Shown: positions 1-10,865 of the stretch, piece after piece
Layout of the letters: every line of letters starts with the position of its first letter
Numbering within the stretch: position 1 is the first letter of the stretch
Source: Verrucomicrobiales bacterium
GTDB lineage: Bacteria; Verrucomicrobiota; Verrucomicrobiia; Verrucomicrobiales; V1-33
DNA length: 59,196 nucleotides
Direction of reading: 5' to 3'
Assembly: GCA_044239025.1 (NCBI GenBank)
Contig: JBIICE010000001.1
Location: 1-59,196 of the forward strand
Notes under the pieces: generated by a model
Database searches by the model: none
What the model was told of the DNA's origin: nothing
The model's input: the letters and a program-made list of their open reading frames with translations, nothing else
Position numbers and translations under genes: made by a program

Positions 1-1331
1 CCGAAGGTATTGAGAGGTTTGCCGCGGAGGCTGAAGACCGCCTGGGTTTCGACCTGGCGGGCACTGGTGATCGAGCCCGAGGCGCTGTTGCCTTCCGTGA
101 TGAAGAGCGTGCTTTCCTCGCGGTTTCTGGCATTCGAATCGAGGTGCACGCGGCAGTCGCGCAGTTTCTTGTTGTGGACCTTGGCCTTGCGGGCGCGTTC
201 GCGGGCGATTTTGGCGACGCCGGCGAGTTCCTTCCGTTCCGATTCGTTCTGCTGGATCTTCTCGAGGAGGGCGCGGTCGGTTTCCCGGTTCCGGGCGAGG
301 TGGAGCTGGAGCTGCTTCTCGAGGAAGTCCGCCATGAAGGCGCGCACCGTGGCTCCGCCGGGTTCCATGACCGTGCTGCCGAGCTTGGTCTTGGTCTGTG
401 ATTCGAAGACAGGTTCGACGACCTTGACGGCGACGGCCGCGACGATCCCGCCGCGGATATCCGAGGGATCGAAGTCCTTTTTGTAGTGTTCGCGGAGGAC
501 CTTGACGACCGCCTCGCGGAAGGCAGCGAGGTGGGTGCCGCCCTGGGTCGTGTTCTGACCATTGACGAAGCTGAAGATGTCTTCGCCTGGCTGGTCCGCG
601 TGGGTGAGAGCGATTTCGATATCCGGCCCGGTGAGGTGGATGATGGGGTAGAGCGGATCCTGGGGAAGGTTTTCGCGCAGGAGGTCCTGAAGGCCGTCCT
701 TCGAGCGGAATTTCCGGCCATTGAAGGCAATCGTGAGTCCGGTATTCAGGTAGGAATAGTAACGGAACATCCGTTCGAGCACTTCGGGATCGAACTGGAA
801 CTTTGCCGAAAAGATCGAGGGGTCCGGGTGGAAGAGCAGACGCGTCCCATTTGGTTCCTGCGTCTTCTCCGTCTTCTTCATTTCCTCGCGGACCTTGCCG
901 CGGGAAAACGTGATGGCCTTCGTCTCGCCTTCGCGGTACGCCTGGATTTCAAAGCGGTCCGAGAGGGCATTGACCGCCTTGATGCCGACTCCGTTGAGAC
1001 CGACTGATTTCTTGAACGCCTTGGAATCGTATTTGGCACCCGTATTGATCTTGGCGGCACAGTCCATGAGCTTTCCGAGGGGAATGCCGCGGCCGAAGTC
1101 GCGCACCGCGAAGCGTCCGTCATCACTCAGGGTGACATCGATCTGTTTGCCGTGGCCCATCACGAATTCGTCGACCGAATTGTCGAGGGCCTCCTTCACG
1201 AGGATGTAGATACCATCGTCCGGCGAGCTGCCGTCGCCCAGTTTTCCGATGTACATGCCGGGCCGGAGCCGGATGTGATCGACCCAGTCGAGGGATTTGA
1301 TGCTGTCTTCGGTGTAGTCGTTTTCGGCCAT
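1..1331 (-). CDS. parE: Type IIA DNA topoisomerase subunit B (ParE/GyrB family), N-terminal ~443 codons; the 3' end runs off the window
   Basis: Absent from the ORF track because there is no in-window stop. My reverse-strand translation from the ATG at 1331-1329 reads [59 protein letters not shown] (GHKL ATPase), then [14 protein letters not shown], then the TOPRIM start [14 protein letters not shown], and stays open to position 1. The [21 protein letters not shown]-terminus matches what I remember of Bacteroidetes-type ParE rather than GyrB. The symbol is less certain than the family. Confidence 0.88.
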   Translation of the reverse strand, partial: MAENDYTEDSIKSLDWVDHIRLRPGMYIGKLGDGSSPDDGIYILVKEALDNSVDEFVMGHGKQIDVTLSDDGRFAVRDFGRGIPLGKLMDCAAKINTGAKYDSKAFKKSVGLNGVGIKAVNALSDRFEIQAYREGETKAITFSRGKVREEMKKTEKTQEPNGTRLLFHPDPSIFSAKFQFDPEVLERMFRYYSYLNTGLTIAFNGRKFRSKDGLQDLLRENLPQDPLYPIIHLTGPDIEIALTHADQPGEDIFSFVNGQNTTQGGTHLAAFREAVVKVLREHYKKDFDPSDIRGGIVAAVAVKVVEPVFESQTKTKLGSTVMEPGGATVRAFMADFLEKQLQLHLARNRETDRALLEKIQQNESERKELAGVAKIARERARKAKVHNKKLRDCRVHLDSNARNREESTLFITEGNSASGSITSARQVETQAVFSLRGKPLNTF

Positions 1332-1420
1332 GAGGAACACAAAGGTTTTCTGGCCATCCTGATAATCCGGGAAAGCAAGGGAAGCAACCCCTCTCGGATG
1401 GCGGCGGCACGGCCGCCGGA

Positions 1421-4400
1421 TCAGGGAATGTCCGTGCGCAGGCGGAGGTAGCGTCGGCTGGCAGCGGAAACGGGGGCGGTGGTGCGCCAGATTTCGGTTT
1501 GGGAGCCGTCCGGGTTCGTGAGGATGGTGTGGCGGGCGAGTTGGTCGGGGGAATGGCTCCAGCCGAGGAGGTCCGGGGAGATTTCCGGGAGGGTGGGCAA
1601 GTCATCCGTGCGTGGGTCGCGCGGGAACGTGATGGTGAGGAAATCGGCCAGCACCTCCGGGAGGGCGGGGTCGGGCGGGAGAGTGATCAGCGCCGTGGTG
1701 ATGGCCGGCGTGCTGGCTGCGGATTTCGGGTTCGTGCCGAGAGTGAATTCCGAGGCATTGGCGAAGCCATCGCCGTCGTCGTCAGCCGTATCGCTGGTGA
1801 TGGCGTGCTGGGATTTCCAGTCGCTGAAGCGGATGAGGTCGTGTGATCCCGGGGATCCGTGGGCGGTGGCACTTGGGCGCCAGTTCTGGGCGAGGGCATG
1901 GTCCGGGTTCGTGGCCGGCCGGATGAGGACGAGGGAAGGACCGCGTCCGTCGGCGTCTTCGGGCCATGGATTGCGGTCATTGTAGCGGAAGCTGCGGATG
2001 GTGGCCCCGTTGGCGGCGAGGAGTTCGATGGTTTCGCCGGAGTCGGCGAGGCTGCTGCCGAGCTGGAACGATCCGGCGACAGGTTTGCCGGGTCCGTAGC
2101 GGAGGGCGAAGGCGGCTGGGTTGCTGACGATGACGGTGCGGGCACCGGGGGGCAGTTCACGGATCGGCGAGGTGGCATCGAAGGTGAAGTCGAGGCCTGC
2201 GCCGAAGCGGACGCCATCGAGTGATACAGTGGACCCGCCGATATTGAGGAGTTCGACGAATTCGAAGTCGCCCCGGCGGCTGAATCCGGCAGCGGCTTCC
2301 TGCGGGGAGGGTGGGGATGGCTGATAATGGAGTTCGCTCACGGCGAGGTTGGCGGCCGAGGCCGGCACGGTGGCGACGCTGAAGTAGGCATCGGCGAGCG
2401 CCGACCATGCGGAACCGTTGAGAATGCGGGCGCGGATCGTACCCGACGCCGTCAGAGGAACGGGACTGCTGTACGCCTGAGCAGCAGGCGACGGGACGTT
2501 ATCCCACGGGGTGCGGGGGTCGCTTCCGTCCATGGTGTAATAGATGGTTCCGGCGGCGACGGGATTGCTGATGCGGAGGGAGAAACCGGAGGGGACCGGT
2601 CCGCCGTGCTGCGGGGTGTTGCTGGAATCGCTGCGGAATTCCGGGGCAGCCACCGCCGGATACAGTGGCAGGGCGGTTCCGGAAACATTGAACGACCTCA
2701 GATTGGCGAGCGCCGCATTGCTGGAGGCCGTCAGACTTCCCCGGGCCGGGAGGATCGTGTTGAGGATACGGTTCTTCTCGCTGGTCCAGACGGGGGTGGG
2801 GAAGCTGCCGTTGGTGGTGTAGGCGTGCGGTTGTCCGGCCGTGCTGCGGTTGTCGCCCCAGCGGGCCGATTCGCCGCGGACGCCCCAGGGTTCGATTTCC
2901 GCGAAGCGCCGGCTGAAGGCCGCCTTGAGGCCATCGGTGCTGAGAATGCCACCGTTGAACAAGTGGCGGTGGGCGCGGTCGGCGAACTGGAGACGGAATT
3001 CCGGATTGCGGGCGAGGCGTCGCGTGATGGCTCCCGGGCCGCGGCTCGATGTTTCCCCGTCGCCTGTCCAGTTGGCCTGGGTGAAGGTGTTTTCCGATTC
3101 GATGCGGAAGACATGTTCCGCGTCCCATGAATGCCAGCGCCAGCGGGCCTGGGGGTCGTTGCGGCGGTAGCTGGCGTAATAGTTCTTGTGGGGCCAGTCG
3201 CCATTGGCGGCGACGCAGTTGAGAAGGATGTAATCGATGAACGCGGGAATGTCGATGCGGGCGGCGGCGGCTTCGTAGACACTCCGCGAGGCGAGGTCCG
3301 CGGTGGGATTCGGGGCGACGCGGCCGATGCCGAGGAGGTCGAGCATTTCCTCGTAATGGCGGAGAGTGGAACAATTGAAGTAGGCGGTGTCGTTGGCGCT
3401 GCCGAGTGGCAGGGCGGGATTGATGAGGCCCGAGGCGACGACCTGGCCGGCGACGGTGTTCCCATCGACCCCGGCGGCGGCGGAGTGCTTGAAAATGTCC
3501 CAGTCGTCCTGCGATCCACCGCGGTAATCGGCCATGAACTTCTCATCGGGTTGGTCGTGGAGCAGGTAGAGGCCCCAGTAGAGTCCATTGAGGAAGAGAT
3601 GGACCGGACGGGTACGGAAGCTGTGACCGCCCATGGCATTCTGGAGGTCGGCCATGACGTGGTCGCGCACGTAATCGCCGCGTTGCCGCTGCGTGGCATC
3701 GGAGTGGACCCACGCCTGATTGAGCCGGGCGTCGAGGATGAAGCGGTCGTGCGTGGGTGCGGCGTCATCGCCGTAGAGGGGGAAGGCGACATCGTCGTCC
3801 GCCTTGAAGTTCATGGACAGTTTGTAGCTCTTCCAGCGCTGCTGGCTCGTGCCGCCGAAGACATGGACCCGGCCATCCGTCTGGAAGCCGCGGCGTGCAT
3901 TGGGATCGCTGGCATTGCCATCCGGATTGATGAATTCGAGCGAGGCCGCGCGGGGCGAGCGTTCATTGGGGACGCCGACTTCAGCGCCCACGTAGACACC
4001 GCGGCGCTCGATGGGCGTGGCACCGTAGTCCGGGGCGGTGTTATTCGGCCCGAAGCATTCGCGCCACGGCATCACGACAGACATCACGGGAAGGCGGCGC
4101 AGGTCGTCGGCAGTGAAGCGGTTCGCGGGATTCGGGTACTGATTGCTTCCGGTTTCGACCGTCCAGTCCGGACCGGCCGGTGTCCGGATGGTGCCACCGG
4201 TGGTGCCCCATGGGAAGGTGTCGGCTGTTGTCAGGGCCATGCTTGGCAGCGGGCCTGACTGACCGAGGACCTGGGCTGCGAAGAGGTAGGTATGCGTATC
4301 GGGAGTGGAACTGCCGAGTCCTTGTTTCCATGCGAGGGCGCGGACAATCGTGGTTCCCGTGACGCTCAGCGTGGCCGTGGGTGGGGTCAGGGCATCCGGG

Positions 4401-5131
4401 GCGGGGACCTGTGTGCCGGAAGATGGGGAAGGCACGTTGCCGTTGAGGGTGTAGGCAATGGTGGCTCCGGGAGTGGCGCAGGTGATCGTGAGAGTGAAGG
4501 GAGCCTCGTGGAATCCGCGGTCGGTCGAAAACTTCGTATCGGCGCAGAAACCGGTGACTCCGCTGGACGGGTTGGCCGCTGCGGGTGTGTCTGCGGGAAA
4601 GAATTCCGGGGGGAGTGCCGGATTGTTGCCGGGGTATCCGTAGCTGACGCCGCGGCGCTGCGCCGGGTAAGGGGCTTCGGCTGATCCCATGCGGCTGACC
4701 GTGATCCATCCCCCCGAGCCATCGGGTTGGCTCAGCAGGAGGGCACCGGAGTTATCGATGCGGAAACTGGTGTGCGGCTCGACATTGGCAAGATTGCGCT
4801 TGAGGCCGCCGCAGAAGACGATGCGGTAGCCATTGGCCGGAATGGTGGTCGGTGTCACCGCCGGAGCCACGGGCCCTGCAAAGACCCACTTGCCGGGATT
4901 CGCCGGGTCGTCGCTGAGGGCCCAGCCCGTGAGATTCACCGCGGCCGCTCCGTCATTGTGCAGTTCGATCCAGCCCGGGCTGTTGCCATCCATGTCCAGC
5001 AGGGCGTTGGAATCATTGGGACGGCCCGGGTTGTCCTCCATGAATTCATTGATGCGGACCGCGGCGGTGGTCCCGCCAGCGAAGGCCAGCAGGCAGGCAG
5101 CCACAAGGATGGCAGATCGTTGCGTTTGCAT
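1421..5131 (-). CDS. Large secreted CotH-family protein with lamin-tail (LTD) domains
   Basis: A 1236-aa ORF with a signal peptide ([25 protein letters not shown]). It has LTD-like segments ([11 protein letters not shown]...; [11 protein letters not shown]...FEFVELLN), a CotH-like core ([46 protein letters not shown]) and a [12 protein letters not shown] module. Confidence 0.85.
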   Translation of the reverse strand: MQTQRSAILVAACLLAFAGGTTAAVRINEFMEDNPGRPNDSNALLDMDGNSPGWIELHNDGAAAVNLTGWALSDDPANPGKWVFAGPVAPAVTPTTIPANGYRIVFCGGLKRNLANVEPHTSFRIDNSGALLLSQPDGSGGWITVSRMGSAEAPYPAQRRGVSYGYPGNNPALPPEFFPADTPAAANPSSGVTGFCADTKFSTDRGFHEAPFTLTITCATPGATIAYTLNGNVPSPSSGTQVPAPDALTPPTATLSVTGTTIVRALAWKQGLGSSTPDTHTYLFAAQVLGQSGPLPSMALTTADTFPWGTTGGTIRTPAGPDWTVETGSNQYPNPANRFTADDLRRLPVMSVVMPWRECFGPNNTAPDYGATPIERRGVYVGAEVGVPNERSPRAASLEFINPDGNASDPNARRGFQTDGRVHVFGGTSQQRWKSYKLSMNFKADDDVAFPLYGDDAAPTHDRFILDARLNQAWVHSDATQRQRGDYVRDHVMADLQNAMGGHSFRTRPVHLFLNGLYWGLYLLHDQPDEKFMADYRGGSQDDWDIFKHSAAAGVDGNTVAGQVVASGLINPALPLGSANDTAYFNCSTLRHYEEMLDLLGIGRVAPNPTADLASRSVYEAAAARIDIPAFIDYILLNCVAANGDWPHKNYYASYRRNDPQARWRWHSWDAEHVFRIESENTFTQANWTGDGETSSRGPGAITRRLARNPEFRLQFADRAHRHLFNGGILSTDGLKAAFSRRFAEIEPWGVRGESARWGDNRSTAGQPHAYTTNGSFPTPVWTSEKNRILNTILPARGSLTASSNAALANLRSFNVSGTALPLYPAVAAPEFRSDSSNTPQHGGPVPSGFSLRISNPVAAGTIYYTMDGSDPRTPWDNVPSPAAQAYSSPVPLTASGTIRARILNGSAWSALADAYFSVATVPASAANLAVSELHYQPSPPSPQEAAAGFSRRGDFEFVELLNIGGSTVSLDGVRFGAGLDFTFDATSPIRELPPGARTVIVSNPAAFALRYGPGKPVAGSFQLGSSLADSGETIELLAANGATIRSFRYNDRNPWPEDADGRGPSLVLIRPATNPDHALAQNWRPSATAHGSPGSHDLIRFSDWKSQHAITSDTADDDGDGFANASEFTLGTNPKSAASTPAITTALITLPPDPALPEVLADFLTITFPRDPRTDDLPTLPEISPDLLGWSHSPDQLARHTILTNPDGSQTEIWRTTAPVSAASRRYLRLRTDIP

Positions 5132-5326
5132 GGAAAAGGGGAAGGGAAGCGCCGGGCGCAGGACGGCCGTGAGAGGCTACCCTGTCGGGACCCTGCAAGT
5201 CAATATCCCCGTCACCCGATGCCATGCGGCACGCCGTGCTCCGCCATGCCTGCGCCTCCCGCGGGCCGCCCCGCCTTGAGCGTGGAGACGCCGTTCCCGG
5301 GATCTCCTGATCGGCCCGGGCTGCGT

Positions 5327-6526
5327 TCAGGAACGGCCGCGGGCCGCCGCGTAGAGCGCCCTGAATTCGGCTGCCGCCACCGGGGTCGGATTGAACTGAG
5401 CGGTCCACTGAGCGGCCGCCATCGCCGCGAGGTCCGGCAGGAGGGCATCGGGGTAGTCGATCCGCTGCGGAAGGCCAGCGGCTGCGAGCAGTTCCGTGAG
5501 GAAATCGGGCAGCGATCCGGCCGGGAGCTGGGCGGCTTCCGCCAGAGACCGGTAGGTGGCGGCCGTGGCTGGATGGGAGGAATTCAGCCGGACCACGTGA
5601 GGGAGCATGAGGCCGACGGCCTCGCCGTGCAGGGTGCCGAGGTGAGCCGTGAGCGGATTCGCGGCACTGTGCGCGGCACCGAGCATGGAATTCTCGATGG
5701 CCGTGCCGGCGAGAGCCGCGCCAAGGAGCATGGCCGCACGCGCTTCGGCATCGTCCGGCGTCTGGAGGACCCGCGGGAAGGCCCTTGCGAGCAGGGCAAA
5801 CGCCGTGCGGCTGTAGGCGAGGGATATTTCCGTATGGTTGCGGCTGACCGCGCTCTCGATGGCATGGGCGATCGCATCGATGCCCGTGAGGGCCGTGACC
5901 CGGCGAGGCTGGGAGAAGGTCAGCGAGGGGTCGAGGATGGCGATGCGGGCCGCCGCCTTGCGGTCGCCACAGGCCATTTTGGCGTGGGTGACGGCGTCCG
6001 AGATGAGGGCATAGCTCTGCATTTCGCTGCCCGTGCCGGCCGTCGTGGGGATGGCGATGCTGGGCAGCATGGGCTGCGTGGCTTTGCCCGAGCCCCAGTA
6101 GTCCTTCATGGATCCCCCGTTGCTGAGGAGGAAATTGCAGCCCTTGGCCGTGTCCATGCTGCTGCCGCCGCCGAGTCCGATCAGGAAGTCCGCCTGACAG
6201 GAACGGGCACTTTCCACGCAGGCATCGACCGTATCCGTGGTGGGATTCTCGATGACGCCCATGAAAGCCGACCACTCCAGTCCGGCTGCCGCGAGGCTCG
6301 CGACGACGCGGTCGAGGTGCCCTGCCTCGGCAATGCCGCGGTCCGTGACCACGAGGACGCGTTCCGCTTTCAGATGGCGCGCGAGGATTCCCGTCCGGTC
6401 GACTTCTCCATTTCCGAAGACCACGGCGGTGCCCGGGGTATGCTGGAAGGCCGGAACAAAGGCAGGGGAGTCCGGGCAGAAAGCCGAGACGAGACCCTCT
6501 GCGGTGAGGCGCGGGGGGAGAGGCAT
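5327..6526 (-). CDS. Iron-containing (group III) alcohol dehydrogenase
   Basis: Motifs LIGLGGGSSMDTAKG and LTGIDAIAHAIES. I moved the start to the internal ATG at 6526-6524 (MPLPPRLTAEG...), just downstream of the stop of the preceding gene at 6546. The track ORF extends to 6631. Confidence 0.85.
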   Translation of the reverse strand: MPLPPRLTAEGLVSAFCPDSPAFVPAFQHTPGTAVVFGNGEVDRTGILARHLKAERVLVVTDRGIAEAGHLDRVVASLAAAGLEWSAFMGVIENPTTDTVDACVESARSCQADFLIGLGGGSSMDTAKGCNFLLSNGGSMKDYWGSGKATQPMLPSIAIPTTAGTGSEMQSYALISDAVTHAKMACGDRKAAARIAILDPSLTFSQPRRVTALTGIDAIAHAIESAVSRNHTEISLAYSRTAFALLARAFPRVLQTPDDAEARAAMLLGAALAGTAIENSMLGAAHSAANPLTAHLGTLHGEAVGLMLPHVVRLNSSHPATAATYRSLAEAAQLPAGSLPDFLTELLAAAGLPQRIDYPDALLPDLAAMAAAQWTAQFNPTPVAAAEFRALYAAARGRS

Positions 6527-6545
6527 GCCGAAATGAGAGAGGAAG

Positions 6546-7988
6546 TCAGGCCGCTCCCGCAAGGCCGATGGAGCGCCGACGGTACAGGAACTCGAAAAGG
6601 TTGCCCTCGTGCGGTTGATCCCACTGGACACGGTTCGTGGGGTTCGGTCCGAGATTGAGGCGGTCGATGTCCGTCGATTCCAGCAATTCGTGGATCCAAT
6701 GCTGATCTTCCGTGATGGCCGTGACGACCAGGGAAGGGCCGATGAGACCGAGCATGTCCTTCTGAGCGACCTCCGTGACGCTGGCGAACGGGAAGAGGAA
6801 TTCCCGGTTGGCGAGCGGATGGTGGAAGTTCGGACAGTGCACGATGGTGGGAAGCAGGTAATTCATGCCATCAAGGCTCGCTTTCCGCGAGGTGCCACGG
6901 AGCGACAGGGAAACGTCGCGGGCTCCGACCGTGCCAAGGCCGTCTTCAATGGTGCCATCGATCCAGTCGGGCATGGCCGGATTCGCGAATCCGGAGAGGC
7001 GCGCCTCCGGATCGTCAGCGGCGCGCGGAGAAATCGAGAGCAGTTCGCGGGCGAGGGCATCGGCGATTTCACGGGCGTATTTCGGGACAAGAATCGCCGA
7101 GGCATTGATGCAGGAACGACCGCTGTTGGCGCTGACGCTCTCCACAAGGACCGGGAGAAAATCGCGCCAGTGCTCGATTTTGTCCTCGCCGATGAGGATC
7201 TTGCTGCGGCCGGATCCATGGACTTCCACGCGCGGGTCCGAGGCGTACTGGGCGACCGTGGTGTCGTCTCCGAACATCATGACGCGTCCGGCGTTGCGGA
7301 TGAGGACACCCGATCCGTCGTGACCGGTGGGGTAGAAACTGATCGCTTCGCGCGGAACGCCCGCCTTGAAGAGACTTTCAATGACGCGCCATGGGGTCCA
7401 TGGTTCCTCCCGTCCGGGTTTCAGGATGACCGGGACGCCGAGGGCGATGGAAGGAATCCAGAGGGCATTGACCGCCGGCGAATTGCTGGGGAGGATGACC
7501 GCGAGGTTATCCGTGACGCAGTGCCACGAGACCGGAGCTCCTCCCTGACTGCCGTAGCCGCGGTCGATGACATCGAGGTCCATGCCGCGGGTGAGACCGC
7601 GGAGAATGATGTCGATCTGGTCGAAGATGCCGCCGAGCCTTTTCAGGTTCATGCGGATGAGAGAATGGGGGAGACCGCTGGTGGTGCTCAGCTGGTGCAC
7701 ATAGTCCTCGGGTGACTGCGTGAGGCCATTGGTGCCGATCGGGAGGGTGTCGTGGAGAAAGATTTCGCCCGCGCGCTTGACCATGGCGGTCCGTTCCCGC
7801 GTGGGGATGCTCCGGAGGACGCTGCGGGCGTGCCGGGATTGCGCGAGGTCGCGCGAAATGAGGCCGCTGTTCGCCTGGCTGATGCGGATGACCGGTTGTC
7901 CGGTGGCGACATGTGGGATCTCCGCGACGTCGAGCGACTGATAAGGCTGGCCGTGGCGGAGGATGGGGAGTTCAGGAAGGGTGGACAT
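6546..7988 (-). CDS. Aldehyde dehydrogenase superfamily protein (possibly acyl-CoA reductase-like)
   Basis: ALDH-like length and layout. A catalytic-Cys-like region is present (NSGRSCINASAILV). The start is placed at MSTLPELPILRHGQPY (ATG 7988-7986); the track ORF starts at 8060. Confidence 0.75.
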   Translation of the reverse strand: MSTLPELPILRHGQPYQSLDVAEIPHVATGQPVIRISQANSGLISRDLAQSRHARSVLRSIPTRERTAMVKRAGEIFLHDTLPIGTNGLTQSPEDYVHQLSTTSGLPHSLIRMNLKRLGGIFDQIDIILRGLTRGMDLDVIDRGYGSQGGAPVSWHCVTDNLAVILPSNSPAVNALWIPSIALGVPVILKPGREEPWTPWRVIESLFKAGVPREAISFYPTGHDGSGVLIRNAGRVMMFGDDTTVAQYASDPRVEVHGSGRSKILIGEDKIEHWRDFLPVLVESVSANSGRSCINASAILVPKYAREIADALARELLSISPRAADDPEARLSGFANPAMPDWIDGTIEDGLGTVGARDVSLSLRGTSRKASLDGMNYLLPTIVHCPNFHHPLANREFLFPFASVTEVAQKDMLGLIGPSLVVTAITEDQHWIHELLESTDIDRLNLGPNPTNRVQWDQPHEGNLFEFLYRRRSIGLAGAA

Positions 7989-8060
7989 GAGGAAGGTAAA
8001 GGTACGAAACGCCGGCTGGGCCGTTGTGCAAGATACGCATGATACGCATGCGGGAGCCAA

Positions 8061-8840
8061 TCAGTCGCGCGGACCCGCAATTCCCCGCGAACCGGAGGCG
8101 GCAATGAATTCGAGGAATTCGCGGGCGGCCGGCGTCCACTCCGGTGAAGCAAGGGCTGCGGCGGCCGCCTTCACCGGTCCGGCCGGGTCGCGGAAAACCG
8201 TGGCGTAGGCAGATTTGAGGGCGGCGCGGGCCTCGCGGTCGAATCCATTCCGGCGGAGGCCCACGACATTGAGTCCGGCCACGAGATTTTCGCGGAAGGC
8301 GGTGCAGAACGGGGGAATGTCGCGGGAGAACGAGCCATTGCCCTGAACCATCGCAAAGGATCCCACGCGGATGAACTGATGGTAGACCGAGCCACCGCCG
8401 AGAAAGCAATGGTGGCCGATGGCAACGTGTCCGGCCACGAGGGCGGCATTGGCGACGACCGAGTGGTCGCCGAGCTTGGCATCGTGTCCGAGGTGGCAGG
8501 AAGCCATCAGAAAGGCGTGCGAACCGACCGTGGTGCAGCCGTTCTCGTACATGCTGCGGTGGATGGTCACGTGTTCCCGGAAGGTATTGCCCTCTCCGAT
8601 GCGGACACCGCTGGGAGTGGCGGGGTTGAAGGAAAGCGACTGGGGATTCCCGCCGATGATGGCAGCGCGGTCGATCGCATTGCGTGGTCCCATGACGGTG
8701 CCCCGGAGAATCTGGGCGTGGCCCGCGATCGAGCAGCCGTCGCCGATTTCGGTTTCCTCCTCGATGACAGTGAAGGGGCCGATGGTGACGTCCGAACCGA
8801 TCCGGGCCTTGGGGTGGATGATGGCGGTGGGGTGATGCAT
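8061..8840 (-). CDS. lpxA: Acyl-ACP--UDP-N-acetylglucosamine O-acyltransferase
   Basis: 259 aa with left-handed beta-helix hexapeptide repeats. The N-terminus is a typical LpxA one: IHPKARIGSDVTIGPFTVIEEETEIGDGCSI. Confidence 0.9.
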   Translation of the reverse strand: MHHPTAIIHPKARIGSDVTIGPFTVIEEETEIGDGCSIAGHAQILRGTVMGPRNAIDRAAIIGGNPQSLSFNPATPSGVRIGEGNTFREHVTIHRSMYENGCTTVGSHAFLMASCHLGHDAKLGDHSVVANAALVAGHVAIGHHCFLGGGSVYHQFIRVGSFAMVQGNGSFSRDIPPFCTAFRENLVAGLNVVGLRRNGFDREARAALKSAYATVFRDPAGPVKAAAAALASPEWTPAAREFLEFIAASGSRGIAGPRD

Positions 8841-8868
8841 GCGGGGTGAATGCGGCGTGGCCCGATGG

Positions 8869-9585
8869 TTACATCATGCCGTGCTCGCGGAAACTGAAAT
8901 ATCCCGGTGCCGTGGCGGTGGGCAGACCGATGATGACATGGTCGAGAAAGTTGAGGTGCAGCAGGCTGGCTCCGTCGCGGAGTCGGGACGTGAGGGCGCG
9001 GTCCGCGCTGCTCGGCGAGGGGTCGCCTCCCGGGTGATTGTGGACGAGGATGAAGCCCCAGGCGCGGCGTCGGATGACCGGAAGGAGTATTTCGCGGGGA
9101 TGGGCACTGGTTTCGGTGAGGGTGCCGCGGCTGATTTCCTCGACCCCGATGAGGGTGCAGCGGACCGTGAGCAGGACGACCTTGAGAACTTCGGTCGGTT
9201 CCAGGGTCAGGGATGGACCGAGCAGGGCAGCGACGGCGTCGGGTTTGTCGAGCGGGGTCGCATCCCACGTTTCCGAGGCAAGGCGTCGGCCCAGTTCGAA
9301 GGCCGCGGCGAGGTGAAGGGCTTTGACCTCGCCGATGGCCTTCTGTTCCATCAGGTCCTGCCAGGCGAGCCGCCCGAGGCTCGTGAAGCTCCGGTAGCGG
9401 CTGAAGAGGGCGTGTCCGACGTCGACGGCATTCAGCCCGACGGTCCCGGTGCCAAGGAAAATGCTGAGCAGTTCCGCCGGGGACAGCGCGGCAGGGCCGA
9501 GGCGCTTCATTTTCTCCCGGGGGCGTTCCGTCTCCGGAAGGTCATGAATGCGGGGGGCGGAAATGGGATCGTGTTCAGTTGTCAT
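8869..9585 (-). CDS. radC: RadC-family JAB/MPN domain protein
   Basis: HhH region ERPREKMKRLGPAALSPAELLSIFLGTG and JAB motif ILVHNHPGGDPSPS. The start is set at MTTEHDP (ATG 9585-9583); the track ORF starts at 9633. Confidence 0.88.
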   Translation of the reverse strand: MTTEHDPISAPRIHDLPETERPREKMKRLGPAALSPAELLSIFLGTGTVGLNAVDVGHALFSRYRSFTSLGRLAWQDLMEQKAIGEVKALHLAAAFELGRRLASETWDATPLDKPDAVAALLGPSLTLEPTEVLKVVLLTVRCTLIGVEEISRGTLTETSAHPREILLPVIRRRAWGFILVHNHPGGDPSPSSADRALTSRLRDGASLLHLNFLDHVIIGLPTATAPGYFSFREHGMM

Positions 9586-9695
9586 GGAGCCACCTACGCG
9601 GAGAGTCATGTTGGTAAACCACAAATGCGGCAAAGTAATGATTTTCCGACCGGCTTGCGTGTGGGGTCCGATGGGTGGAAAGGAATGGGGAAGCG

Positions 9696-10862
9696 ATGAT
9701 TTATCTCGATAACAATGCGACGACGCCGCTGGATGCGGAGGTGCGGGAGGCGATGCTGCCGTTTCTGGAGGGACATTTTGCGAATCCTTCCAGTGGCTAT
9801 GGATTGGCGCGGCCGGTGCGGCGGGCGGTGGAGCAGGCGCGGGAGCAGGTGGCCGCGCTGCTCGACTGTGAAGCGGAGGAAATTGTCTTCACGAGTGGCG
9901 GGACCGAGTCGGATAATGCGGCGATTCTATCCGCGCGGCGGCTGTATCCGGAGCGGGATCATTTTGTGACCTGTGCGGCCGAGCATGATGCGGTGCTGCG
10001 GTGCCTGCGGGTGCTGGAGGAACGGGAAGGATGCCGGGTGACCCGGCTGGGCACGCGTCGGGATGGAACGGTGGATCTGGAAGAACTGCGGTCGGTGCTG
10101 GAGCCCGGCAGAACCGCGCTGGTGTGCCTGATGCAGGCGAACAACGAGACCGGAGTGGTGCAGCCGGTGGCCGAGGCGGCCGCCGTGGCGGAATCATGCG
10201 GTGCCTTGTTTCATACCGATGCCGTCCAGGCCGCCGGAAAGCTGCCGATCCGGCTGCGTGGAGGCCATGTGCATACGCTTGCCCTGTCGGGGCATAAATT
10301 CCATGCGCCCAAGGGCGTGGGCGTGCTGTACGTGAACCGCCGGGTGGCCTTTGCGCCCATGCTCACCGGTGGCGGTCAGGAAGGCGGGCGTCGTGCCGGA
10401 ACCGAGAATGTGCCCGGGATTGTGGCCATCGGGATGGCGTGCGCATGCGGGCAGCGGCATCTGGACCGCGTGGCGGCGGGGGTCGACCCCGTGGGTTTGC
10501 TGCGCGATGAATTCGAGCGGCAGCTGAAGGCGCGGATCGAAGGAGTGGCGGTGAACGGGGCGGGGGCCGAACGGACCCCGAACACCAGCAGCCTGCGGAT
10601 CGCCGGGGTGGAGGCTGCGGCCATGATGGTGCTGCTTGACCAGCGGGGCGTCTGCGTAAGTGCGGGAAGTGCCTGCCATACGGGAACGCATGCCATTTCG
10701 CCCGTGCTCGCCGCGATGGGCCTGACGGCTGCCGAGGCGCGGGAAACCCTGCGGGTATCGCTCTCGCGGATGACCACAGCCGACGAAATCCGGGAAACCG
10801 TGGAGGCCTTCGTGTGGGCCGTGGGCCGGGTGCGGGAAGTACTGGGGCAGGTGACGCGCTGA
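9696..10862 (+). CDS. Cysteine desulfurase (NifS/IscS class V aminotransferase)
   Basis: MIYLDNNATTPLD N-terminus, the PLP-lysine region LALSGHKFHAPKGVG, and the active-site loop SAGSACHTG. The track ORF starts 21 nt upstream at 9675. Confidence 0.9.
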   Translation: MIYLDNNATTPLDAEVREAMLPFLEGHFANPSSGYGLARPVRRAVEQAREQVAALLDCEAEEIVFTSGGTESDNAAILSARRLYPERDHFVTCAAEHDAVLRCLRVLEEREGCRVTRLGTRRDGTVDLEELRSVLEPGRTALVCLMQANNETGVVQPVAEAAAVAESCGALFHTDAVQAAGKLPIRLRGGHVHTLALSGHKFHAPKGVGVLYVNRRVAFAPMLTGGGQEGGRRAGTENVPGIVAIGMACACGQRHLDRVAAGVDPVGLLRDEFERQLKARIEGVAVNGAGAERTPNTSSLRIAGVEAAAMMVLLDQRGVCVSAGSACHTGTHAISPVLAAMGLTAAEARETLRVSLSRMTTADEIRETVEAFVWAVGRVREVLGQVTR

Positions 10863-10865
10863 ATT

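Noticed and set aside
6527-6631. Long 5' extensions of many track ORFs (for example ADH to 6631, ALDH to 8060, ABC to 22993, fmt to 43334, sulfatases to 42024 and 54645, coaE to 47232)
   Set aside because: The extensions overlap upstream genes or a terminator and read as low-complexity text. Internal ATGs give N-termini that match the family (signal peptides, P-loops). The starts remain predictions.
4727-6658. 643-aa plus-strand ORF
   Set aside because: It is antisense to the CotH 5' end and the iron-ADH gene. It has Gly/Arg-rich composition and no motifs.
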